From Octopus sinensis (Eukaryota): a stretch of DNA of 64,000 nucleotides. Both the position numbers and the translations under genes were made by a program. Positions 1-10,893 of this stretch are shown here, piece after piece (position 1 is the first letter of the stretch; each line of letters opens with the position of its first letter). The stretch covers positions 73,346,001 to 73,410,000 of the forward strand of contig NC_043000.1 in assembly GCF_006345805.1 (NCBI RefSeq), read 5' to 3'. The notes beneath the pieces are model-generated. The model made no database searches. It had not been told where the DNA came from and saw only the letters and a list, made by a program, of their open reading frames with translations.

Positions 1-609
1 TTGACAGTTGCTGACCAGGCAGAAAACTGTACCAGATTTCTGTGTCTGTTTTGGAATGGTTTTTTTATGGCTGAGTGCCCTTCCTAACACCAACCCTACA
101 GATACATATTTTTTAAATTTTATTTATTTTATCTAGTTTCAGCTCACAAGCTGTGGCCATGCTGGGGCACTGCCATATATATATAAATGATTATTTTATT
201 GTTCAGTTATAACAAACATAGTTTTACATTACTTTGATGATACTCTATACTTTTGTAGAGTACAAATTTATTATTCTTATAGAAGAATGTTGTTGACAGT
301 GACTTCAAATTTTCAGCCAGCTAAGCCATGGTCTAATGATAGGTTAGCTGGCCAAGACTTATAATAATACGCAGTTTCCTGCCTTTAAAGATAAAGGCAT
401 GAAACTGTGTATTAACATCTTGGTTGATAACTGAAGAAGAATTAGAGTCCTTCTCTGTCAGTCCTATGAGTATTTTTTTTTTAGCATTTAATGCATTTTT
501 CATTTATTGAGTAACTGAATGCCATGCATCCTGACTTTTGTTTACAGTAAGTTTAATTTTATATACATAGATACACACACACACACACACTTACATGTAC
601 ATATACATA

Positions 610-755
610 CATCATCATCATCATTTAATGTCCTTCCATGCTGGCATGGGTTGGACAATTTGACAGGAGCTGGCCAAGCACCAGATTTCTGTGTCTGTTT
701 TGACATGGTTTTTATCGCTGGATGCCCTTCCTAACACTAACCACCCTACAGAGTG
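610..755 (-). mobile_element. 3' end remnant of RTE-type LINE (family A), (GAT)n tail
   Basis: Reverse complement of the LINE terminus ...aacccatgctagcatggaaagcggacgttaaacgatgatgat seen at 53480-53535. A similar remnant lies at 1-105. Confidence 0.75.
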
Positions 756-779
756 AGACAAGAGCTTTTTAATCAGTCG

Positions 780-930
780 GAAATGCACAGTTAGTTACAA
801 CTTCCATTTGTCACGTATACTCCAAACCATACAGATCTACAACAGGACTGAATAGTCATCTGAGAGGTTATGGACGGAAAGTTACAAATGCTATTGAAAA
901 TGAGGAAACACAAGGAGATGGCAATCAATA
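780..930 (+). pseudogene. RTE-BovB-like LINE C-terminal remnant with degenerate C2H2 finger
   Basis: Hand translation gives ICHVYSKPYRSTTGLNSHLRGYG, a decayed C-x2-C...GLxSHxRxH finger like those ending BovB-type ORFs. Confidence 0.45.
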
Positions 931-944
931 AATATATATATATA

Positions 945-1345
945 TCATCATCGTTTAACGTCCGTTCTCCATGCTAGCATGGGTTGGACGGATCGACCGG
1001 GGATCTGGGTAGCCAGAAGGCTGCACTAGGCTACAGTCTTATCTGGCAATGTTTCTACAGCTGGATGCCCTTCCTAACGCCAACCACTCCGTGAGTGTAG
1101 TGGGTGCATTTTACGTGCCACCTGCACAGGTGCCAGGCGAGGCTGGCAACGGCCACGGTCGGATTGGTGTATTTTATGTGCCACCGGCACGGAAGCCAGT
1201 CGAGGCGGCGCTGGCATCGGCCACGAGTCGGATAGTGCTTTTTACGTACGAATTGGTTCAATTCGATTTCGATTTCGCTTGCCCCAACATGTCTTCGCAA
1301 GCAAAGGGGGTTGGCATGGGTGCCTGTCGTATGGTTGGATTGGTA
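945..1345 (-). mobile_element. RTE family A 3' UTR fragment
   Basis: Same 3' UTR, hairpin unit and (CAT)n tail as 2277-2840 and 53000-53535. Confidence 0.85.
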
Positions 1346-1552
1346 ATAGGTTTCTTGAAGTTAGGGTATATTCTTTAAACATAAGAGATTACAATTCTTC
1401 AAAAAAGGAGGTTAGGGTTAGAGTTGAGGTTAACTTTTCTACTGAAGCTGGGCCTTTGTGCCTGAAATATAAAGGTTTCCACATTGTCAGAAGCTTTCTG
1501 TTTTCTCTCTTTTACCGTCTTATATATATATACACACATATATAGGTAGTTC

Positions 1553-2215
1553 ATCTTTCAGATGTTCTTCCTGGAGGTAAGACAATTTTTTTCAAGTTTG
1601 TTTCACACACGCATTTTTGCTAGTACATACGTGGTGAAGCTATACATTAGCGTCGTATTTATTACATTCGCTATTTCCCAGTAAATATCGGTACTTCGTT
1701 GTACCATATATTTACTTCTATGTATAATTTTCCCTCACGGGCTATTCTTCACTGGAAAGCAATACTCTCGTATTGCATTACTATTTTTATTGAAACTTCT
1801 TCACTGTTCTCGTTCTGTCAGTGTTTTGGCGTTTCAGTCGAGTGTAATGGCATTGATGCAGCAACATTTGAAATGTTGTCGAGGTATATGTTGGCTGATG
1901 AAGATAAATCAAGTATATGTGTGCAGACATATCTTGAAAAATCTGAAACCGGTACCACATTATCCCTTTCTTGGTATTTCATCTTTCAGATGTTCTCCCT
2001 GGAGGTAAGACAATTTTTTTCAAGTTTGTTGCACACACGCATTTTTGCTAGTACATACGCGGTGAAGTTATACATTAGCGTCGTATTTATTACGTTCGCT
2101 ATTTTCCAGTAAATATCGGTACTTCATTGTACCATATATTTACTTCTATGTATAATTTTCCCTCACGGGCTATTCTTTACTGGAAAGCAATACTCTTGTA
2201 TTGCATTACTATTTT
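1553..2215. repeat. ~235-bp direct duplication (period ~428 bp)
   Basis: 1553-1790 and 1980-2215 are near-identical (tcatctttcagatgttct...gtattgcattactattttta). Confidence 0.9.
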
Positions 2216-2221
2216 TATATA

Positions 2222-2271
<50 letters not shown>

Positions 2272-2276
2272 AGGGA

Positions 2277-4143
2277 ATCATCATCATCATCATCATCATC
2301 GTTTAACGTCCGTTTTCTGTGCTAGCACGGGTTGGACGGTTCGACCGGGGTCTGGGGAGCCAGGGGCTGCTCCAGGCTCCAGTCTGATCTGGCAATGTTT
2401 CTACAGCTGGATGCCCTTCCTAATGCCAACCACTCCGCGAGTGTAGTGGGTGCTTTTTATGTGCCACCTGCACAGGTGCCAGAGGGGTTTGGCATCGGCC
2501 ACGATCGGTTGGTGCTTTTTATGTGCCACCGACACAGAAGCCAGTCGAGGCGGTGCTGGCATTGGCCACGTTCGGATGGTACTTTTTATGTGCCACCGGC
2601 ACAGAAGCCAGTTGAGGCGGTGCTGGCATCGGCCACGTTCGGATGGTGCTTTTTATGTGCCACCAGCACAGAAGCCATTCGAGGCAGGGTTGGCATCAGT
2701 CACGTTCGGATGGTGCTTTTTATGTGCCACTGGCACAGAAGCCAGTCGAGGCGGCACTGGCAACGGCCACGTTCGGATGGTGCTTTTTATGTGTCACCGG
2801 CACAGGTATCACAACTACAGTTTCCATTGATATTTGGTTCAATGTTCATGTACATGCACTTGACTCAACAGGTCTCCTAAAGCACAGCGAGATGTTCCGG
2901 GATCCAAGGTACTTTGAATGGGCAGGGGGTATGCGGAACTGGTGCCGGAAGCATCCCGGGTCTTAGTAGTCACGGCACATCTCCAGAGATCTCGGTCCTT
3001 CGCCATTGCCTCAGTGAGGCCCAACGCTCTGAGGTCATGCTTGACTACCTCATCCCATGTCTTCCTGGGTCTACCTCTCCCCCTGATTCCGTCAACTGTT
3101 CGGGAGTGGCACTTCTTCACACATCTCTCCTCATCCATCCGCAGTACATGACCATACCATCGCAAGCGTCGCTCTTGCACACTGCATCTGATGCTTCTTA
3201 TGCCTAGCATTTCTCTCAGGGTGCTTACACTCTGTCGTGCATTCACACTGACATTACCCATCCAGCGGATCATGCTAGCTTCATTTCTTTCAAGCCTACG
3301 CATGTCCTCTGCAGTCACAGCCCATATTTCACTACCGTGAAGCATGGCAGTTCGCACACATGCATCATACAATCTACCTTTCACTCTGAGTGAGAGACCC
3401 TTTGTCGCCAGTAGGGGTAGGAGCTTTATAAACTTTGCCCAGGCTATTCGTATTCTAGTGGTGACACTCTCTGAGCATCCACCCCCACTACTAACTTGGT
3501 CACCCAGGTAGCGGAAACTATCAACTACTTCTAGTTTCTCCCCCTGGAGTGTGATGGAATCTGTTTTCTGAGTATTTGTGGTGTCTATTGTCCCTGTGCA
3601 TCTGCCGCACATGAAAGCTATCTTATCAGTTAATTTCCCTTTGATGTTGCTGCACCTCTTATGCGTCCATAGCTTACACTGGGTGCATCTTATGGAGTTT
3701 CTACCTACACCTTTCCTACAGCTCGAGCAGGGCCACCTGCCCGATGGGGTGTGTGCTGAGTTCGCCTTTCTGCATACTATAACTTTGGTCTTCGCTACAT
3801 TTACTCTAAGGCCCTTTAATTCTAACCCTTGTTTCCACACCCGAAATTTCTTTTTTAGTTCTGGTAGTGATTCTGCTATGAGGGCCAGGTCATCAGCATA
3901 GAGGAGCTCCCAGGGGCAACCTGTTTTGAATTCCTCTGTTATTGCCTGGAGGACTATGATGAATAAAAGGGGACTGAGGGCTGAGCCCTGGTGTACACCT
4001 ACTTCTACCCGGAATTCTTCACTATATTCGTTGCCAATCCTAACCTTGCTGACAGCCTCTCTGTATAGAGCCTGTACAGCCCTTATTAGCCATTCGTCAA
4101 TCTCCAGTTTCCACATCAACCACCAGATAAGGGATCGAGGAAC
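2277..4143 (-). mobile_element. RTE-type LINE family A, 3' half (RT C-terminal part, PHD-like finger, 3' UTR with 67-bp repeats, (GAT)n tail)
   Basis: ORF 2839-4191: GVHQGSALSPLLF, LLYADDLAL, FRYLG, RLRWYGHV, GRGRPRKTW. The 3' UTR ends in (cat)n on + at 2277. Confidence 0.95.
2449..2810. repeat. 67-bp tandem repeat (5 full units) in the LINE 3' UTR
   Basis: Unit ggtgctttttatgtgccaccggcacagaagccagtcgaggcggtgctggcatcggccacgttcggat is repeated head-to-tail with no spacers. Confidence 0.92.
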
Positions 4144-6385
4144 CATGCTTGTTTCTTTACGTGAGCTAAGCAGTTGGCATCGTCTTCCCAAAATATCCTT
4201 TCATTTTTATGTGCTGATAATTTCTCCCTTTCTCCATGTTACTTTGTCTGTTCTTCGCCCTCTACGATAATTTGCCCGTTCAAGTTTTCACTCTCCCCTG
4301 AATCAAACTTCGCCATTCGCGGTGCACCCGCCCTTGCCCACCCCCACCACCAATACCGGATATCTCTCTATATTTTTTCCATCTATACCGGATATCCCTT
4401 CTCGAACCCCCCTCTTCAATACGCTATTTCACCATGTATTACCCCTCTCATGATATCCTACGTTCAATTTTGTCTAGAACCTGTCCTCATTTCTCCTAAC
4501 ACCCCTCCCCACTGGTGCTCTCCTATATTACCTGCACCCTCTCCCCATCCCCCTCACTCTCTCTTCTCCCTGCTAGAACCCCACCCCCACCCCATCTCTA
4601 GAATATCCATGTTTCTGCTACACTGCTTAAACCACGTCGCTCAATGACTATAATGCTTGCTTAGAATACTACTAACACCTAGAATTTCAGTATTTCTACC
4701 ACAGAGCTTACATCTACAGCATCAATGACTTTAATGCTTGTGCTTACAATGCTGCTAATACCTGACCCTGCCTACCGCAGGGGCCAGAACCTTAACATGC
4801 CTAAATGATTGAATGTTGTCAGGTCAGAAGAGAGATCAGACGAAAATGCCTAAAAATCGATCACCGCCACCACAACAACCCTCTTCTTTTCAGGTGCCAA
4901 ATTGCACCCCTCCCCCCACATCTCCTTCCCAGTTTTCAGAGTTGGCACTGTCAATGTTGGTACACTGAAAGGTAGGTCTAGTGAGATTGTAGAGATGCTT
5001 GAGAGAAGACGGGTTGATGTATGCTGCATACAAGAGGTAAGGTGGAGAGGTGCTTCAGCTAGGGTCCTCACAGGCAAGGCACATAGGTATAAAGTCTTCA
5101 TCCTCACCAGACAGCAGGATGCAGGGTTGCTCTTAAATACAAAGACCCTCCCGGATGAAGAGTGTATCCCTCAGCATAGGCTAATAATTAGTGACTTTAG
5201 GCTTGAGGCCAGAAGGACTCCAAGAAACAGACCAATCCAGAAAAGAAGGATTTGGAAGCTAAAGAACCCTTCACATGGTCAGAGATTTAGGGACATCCTC
5301 ATCAAGAAATTTGATGAGAGGGAGGAGGAGCTACAGACGTTGGACATAGAAGGTAGCTGGAAATTCCTATGGGACAGCTTGCTGAGTGCCACAGACTAAG
5401 TCTGTGGATGGTGCAAAGTTCCTTCCAGACCTAGAGTTACGTGGTGGTGGAATAGTGCAGTAGACAAAGCCATTAGTTCAAAGAAACAGGCCTGGAGAGC
5501 CTGGAGGGATGGGGGTAGCAGGGAACCGTACCAAGTAGCCAAAAGGGAGGCCGGGCGGCAGGTATACATAGCCAAAGATATAGCAGAAAAGAAGTTTGCC
5601 AATGTCCAGCGACGTGAGGACCAAAGAACTGAGGTATTTCGTATTGCTAGATAGTGTGTGAGAGAAAATAGTGATGTTACAGGAGAGAAATGTGTCCGCA
5701 TGGATGATGGGGCACTTGCTTTTAATGTTGGTGAAAAGAAAGAGGCTTGGAGAAGCCATTATGAAAGACTGCTGAATGTGGAGAATGAATGGGAGGAGGA
5801 GAGCCTGCCAAATGTTGACCCAGTAGAGGGACCAGCTACCCAAATAGACATCTCCCTTGTAGTTAAGGCAATTAAGGATATGAAACCAGGTAAAGCCCCC
5901 GGCCCATCAGGTATCACTGCTGAGATGCTTAAAACAGCTGGTTATGTGAGCTATGGCCTAGTCACCCGTATTGTTAACCAGGTAGTTCATAATGGAGTCA
6001 TACCCAATGACTGGCATAGCAGCACCATAGTCAACTGCTACAAGGGTAAGGGTGATGCTCTAGATAGAAATATCTACAGGGGTATTAAACTGTTGGATCA
6101 GGTGATGAAGGTCACAGAGAGGGTCATAACCCATCTCATTAGGGAGAGAATTTGCTTAGATGAGATGTAGTTCGGTTTTGTGCTGAGTAGAAGCACCACT
6201 GATGCTATATTCCTGGTCCGACAACTGCAGGAGAAGTACCTAGCTAAAGATAAACCCCTCTACATAGCTTTTGTGGACTTGGAGAAAGCCTTTGACAGAG
6301 TTCCCCGAACCCTTATCTGGTGGTCGTTGCGGAAACTGGAGATTGACGAATGGCTAATAAGGGCTGTACAGGCTCTATACAGAGA
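4144..6385 (+). mobile_element. RTE-type LINE family A, 5' half (pyrimidine-rich leader, APE endonuclease with internal deletion, RT N-terminus)
   Basis: FRVGTVNVGTL...DVCCIQEVRW (APE), GKAPGPSGI, YKGKGDALD..YRGIKLL, FVDLEKAFDRVP. Stops at 5398 and 6168; deletion near 5100. Confidence 0.92.
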
Positions 6386-6580
6386 TCCAAACTTACAGAA
6401 AAAAATTCAATTTAGCAATTCTAAATCAAATTTCACAAAATATAATATATTTAGAGAAAAACCTATATTAAGAAATTACAATAGTGAAAGACGTTATTCA
6501 CACCATTTAGAAATAATTAAATATACTATAAAAACCATTATTCTAAAAATCAAAAAAGTATATAAACAATAAATAATAAA

Positions 6581-6705
6581 TAGACTACGCACATTTCGTG
6601 GCTATATTTTTAAATCAATAATAATAATAATAAAATCAATTTGGTTTAAAATTAAATTGATCTAAAATTAATTCTATTTAAAAATATAGTCATTCATCAG
6701 GTCTA
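6581..6705 (-). ncRNA. Degenerate minimal type I hammerhead ribozyme
   Basis: Minus strand: TAGAC-CTGATGA-atgactatatttttaaat[loop]atttaaaaatatagccac-GAA-ATGTGCGT-A-GTCTA. Stem I, core, long stem II, GAAA and the GUA triplet are all in canonical order. Confidence 0.7.
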
Positions 6706-6835
6706 AAGTAATAACAATAATAATAAAAATAATAATAAAATAAATGTACATATCTTAACTTATAATAATTAACAAATAAATATAGAAAAATATGTGTTTT
6801 AACAATAAATAATTAAATAAAATTTAACAATATTA

Positions 6836-7865
6836 TTGGATTGACCAGAAAGTTTGTGCCGATTTATAGTAGCTTACCTTTCGACTTATTTTAGAACATG
6901 GTTGAGTCCATAAAATACGATTTGACTACACCTCCATTTAGAGCACAGTTTAAGCTATCTTTTTGTGGAAGACAGTTTATGTTCCTATAACCTGTGTTAA
7001 TTCTGTAATCCTTTAAAATGGAAGATAAGAAAGTTCATTTTCGGCAATTGTTGCTTTTCTTTTTCCATAAAGGGAAAAATGCCTCACAAGCAACCAAAGA
7101 AATATGCACAGTTTATGGTGGTGTTTCTTTATCCGAAAGAACTGTACAGAAATGGTTCACAAGGTTCCAAGCTGGAGATTGTAGCCTTATTGATAAAGAG
7201 CGATCAGGCAGACCATTCACTACTGATGATGACCAAATCGAGTCATTAATTGAGAATAACTCACATTGCAAAACCCGAGAATTGGCAAAATCCGTTGTTC
7301 ATGAGCACCTGGTAAAGCTTGGGTACACAAATCACTTTGATATTTGGGTACCACATGAGTTGAGTGAGAAGAATCTTTTGGATTGCATTTCCATCTGTGA
7401 TTCACTTTATAAATAGAATGAAGACGTGCCTTTTTTAAAGCACGTAATGACACGTAATGAGAAATGGATTATCTACCGAAATGTTCAGAGAAAGCGATCC
7501 TGGAGTAAGCAACATGAGCCACCCTTAGCCATTCTTTATCCTCAAAAAGACTTGCTTTGTGTCTGGTGGGATTGGAAAGGAATTCTGTACTATGAGCTTC
7601 TTGCAAGTAACCAGACAATTAATTCTGAGAAATACTGCACACAACTGGACGAGTTAAAAGCAGCAATTCAAGAGAAACGTCCAGAATTGGCCAGCAGGAA
7701 GGGTGTTGTTTTCCAGCATGATAATGCAAGACCGCACGTTTCTTTGGGAACCAGACAAAAATTGCTACAGCTCAGCTGGGATGTGTTACCCCACCCTCCA
7801 TATTCACCAGATATTGCTCCTTCGGATTTCCACTTATTCAGGTCTCTGCAGAATAGTTTTAATTG
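6836..7865 (+). mobile_element. mariner (DD34D) transposon, defective, 3' truncated
   Basis: TA + TIR-like ttggattgaccagaaag. ORFs carry WVPHEL, HDNARPH and YSPDIAPSD with 34-residue spacing; in-frame stop at 7414-7416. Confidence 0.95.
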
Positions 7866-7879
7866 TAAAAATTAGTAGA

Positions 7880-8520
7880 AATATAGAGTTAATGATTTTG
7901 CAAAGATGTTTGAGGTGTGGGGGGGGGGATAAAGATGAGTGATGAGTGACTGTCCAAGCAAGCAGGAGACCAGCACATAAACCAAAACTAAGAATGGCCT
8001 TAAAAATGCTCTAATTCAGACAGGAATTGCAGCTGATAATTGGAAGAGAGAGGCACAAGACGGTGATGGATGGAGGAAGATAGTGCATGATAGTTGTTCA
8101 AAGTTTGAGAGGGAGAGAGTGAAGTATGAGAGAATTAGGAGGGGGGAACTTGTGGAAAGTGAGAGAGTGTTGCTTTTTATGTGTGGTATGTGGGCGGAGG
8201 TGTTTGAGTCATGCAGGCCTGGTGAGCCATCAAAATTCTCATAGAAATCATCCCATGATAAACAATGATGTGGCTATTAAAATTCATTACAAAACATGTG
8301 TAAAATGTGGAAGGGTGTGTCTCTCAGTTGGAGGTCTAAAAAGATATGTTAAGAGAGTGCATATGGTGGCACCTGCTTCTCCTGCCAGTCAGCACAGTTG
8401 TCTAGTATGTAATAAAATGTGTAAAAGTTTGGCCAGGCTTAAAAGTCATATAAGGGTATCACATGGCAACAATCATGAATCATTTCAGTAAGTCTTCTTG
8501 GCAATGGCTTTTCTCATGTA
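7880..8520 (+). mobile_element. RTE-BovB-like LINE 3' fragment with three C2H2 fingers
   Basis: RPAHKPKLR...IAADNWKREAQDGDGWRKIVHDSCSKFERER, then CVVCGRRCLSHAGLVSHQNSH, CVKC...RVH and CLVCNK...SHIRVSH. Confidence 0.7.
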
Positions 8521-9688
8521 ACTAGGATGCAGCTGTGTGTGTGTGATATATATATAAGGTTACCATATGGTCTGGTTTGACTAGCACTGTCCTAGTTTAT
8601 TAATATTGTTCTGGCATCCTGGCTAGTTTGAAATTATGAATGAGCTTTTCAGAAATCTGGAAGAATTTTATTTGCGATAATCATTCTGGCTTGTAGGAAA
8701 AATTGTTAGGTATTGATACTAATTAGTCTTCCTTGTGCATAATGAAACACCTCCAGCAATAACCCAACCAGGATTTGAAACTAAAAATTTCTGCTTCACT
8801 CTCACACATAAATTGTAATACTCAGAAGTGTTCCTTCAACTGAAAATAATCAGGTAGTCATTTAAAAACATTCTTGGCTTTATTGTAAAAAAACCAAATG
8901 GCCATTGAAAAACCAGATGGTCTCAAGAAAAAAAAAAGTAGTCGGTGCCAGGAAATTTTCATGGACTGAGAGAAAAAATAGTGTTCTCTATGATAACATA
9001 TGAAATATAGTGGCTGACCTTGGATGATTCATCTCATCTCACAGACACTTCATAAAACAGCAAGAGAAGTCTGTACAATTTGATGCTAACAACTGACCAA
9101 GAGTTCTCTCTTACTCTATTCTTTAACCAGATTTTTGACAACCACACTTAATTCCTCTTTCTCTCTCTCTCTCTCTCTCTATCTCTACACACGCACATTT
9201 ATAGAAACAGCCACCTTCTCTCCCGCGAGTATTAACATTCTTTTTCATCTGCACACATACATGAACATTGATCTCCATATTTCATTGCTACTTTTCTTGA
9301 AACGTTATCAATTGTTTAAAATTTGCTTGGGGTTGGCATGTCCCAGAATAAACCAATTGTGACACATATTTTATATATCACATTACTTTGATGTATTGCA
9401 TGAGAATGGCATTGACATATATCACAATTTCCCTGTTTTGATTCATTTTTGCAACATTATTCAACCTGGCGTTATAGTTTTGAATAGGGTGTTTCTGGCT
9501 TTGCATGTTTTTTTAATTATTATCTAATTTATTTTGGATTCCAATAAATTTGAATATTGCAATGCTTTCTATTACATTTCCTACCTAGAGGTGAGTTTCA
9601 TGAATTTGGGTAGTATAGTTCACCAGAAAAAAAAAGACAGTGCTCTGACTTTATAGTTTCAGAGACATTTACATACATATACACACAC

Positions 9689-10052
9689 ATGGCTGTGTAG
9701 TAAAAAGCTTTCTTCCCACCCACATCATTCTGGGTTCAGTCCCACTGCATGGTATCTTGGGCAAATGCCTTCTACTATAGCCTCAACCTGTCCAAGGTCT
9801 TGTGAGTGGATTTGGGAGATGGAAATTGAAAGAAGCCTCTTGTGTGTGAATATATGTGTGTCTCCCTCACCACTGCTTGACAATTGGTGTTGGGTTGTTT
9901 ACATCCCCGTAAGCTACCAATTAGGCAAAAATACACTGATGGAATAAATACAGGCTTTAAAAAATGAAAAACTTAGTCCTAGGTTCGAGTTATTCGAACT
10001 AAAACCCTTCAAGGTCGTATTCCAGCATGACTGCAGTCAAATGACTAAAACA
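9689..10052 (+). mobile_element. tRNA-derived SINE (abundant family)
   Basis: Head ggctgtgtagtaaaaagc...gggttcagtccc, central cttgggcaaatgccttctactatagcc and tail cagcatgactgcagtcaaatgact, shared with other copies. Confidence 0.8.
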
Positions 10053-10142
10053 ATATATATATAAACAATTGCAGCGTGGAAGATGTTTATAAGCCATTTA
10101 TAACACACAGAAACTGTTAGATTCACTTCAACTTTTAAATTT

Positions 10143-10247
10143 AATTCGTCAAAATATTTTCGTTGGTTTGAGGCTGCGACCTGTTCACTGACAAAATTCC
10201 GTACTGCAATTGTTTTCGTTCCAGTACACGAGCTCAGATCAGGTAAC
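10143..10247 (-). ncRNA. Two tandem degenerate hammerhead-like motifs
   Basis: Minus strand: gttac-CTGATCTGA-gctc...gaac-GAAA-acaattg-ca-gtac, then ttttgtca-GTGAACA-ggtcgc...ccaac-GAA-AATATT-t-tgacgaa. Both cores are non-canonical. Confidence 0.4.
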
Positions 10248-10267
10248 TTGCTATGCAAGTACATATC

Positions 10268-10341
<74 letters not shown>

Positions 10342-10665
10342 GAAGAAATAAATGGTATAGTTATCAACTTTATACAGCTCAACCAATTAGCATTCAAATG
10401 GAGCTTCAGGAATATAAAATTAAGGAGAGAAACAAATTTCAAAGGTTGGTGTGTATATTCATTCAATCCATTTCAAATTATCGAAATTCTCCACAGTATT
10501 CAATATACGTAAATGCGTTCACATATGAGGTATGATAAAAATTTATAAGAATTTCTAAACACTAATACATACGAAGATTTATAACTATAAAAATTCATAA
10601 ATATATAAACATAAATATAAATACATAGATGTACTTGCAAAGTCCGAATGTCCGTATTAGAATCA

Positions 10666-10717
<52 letters not shown>

Positions 10718-10861
10718 TAAATTAGAGATAAAACCACTATTATGCAACTCAAACACTGATAGACATAAACCAATAAATAACCAATATATATATAATTAAA
10801 AAAATATATATAACTTATAACTAAATCTCAAAAAGTATAAAATGAATGATAAATATATATG

Positions 10862-10893
<32 letters not shown>

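Noticed and set aside
2449-2810. CRISPR-like array of hairpin repeats
   Set aside because: Units are contiguous with no unique spacers, lie in a LINE 3' UTR, and there are no cas genes; the context is eukaryotic.
6386-6835. Mitochondrial insertion (NUMT)
   Set aside because: AT-rich but no recognisable mitochondrial gene. The hammerhead motif points to a retroelement origin.
8126-8491. Host C2H2 zinc-finger gene
   Set aside because: No TGEKP linkers, and it is contiguous with BovB-like LINE coding sequence.
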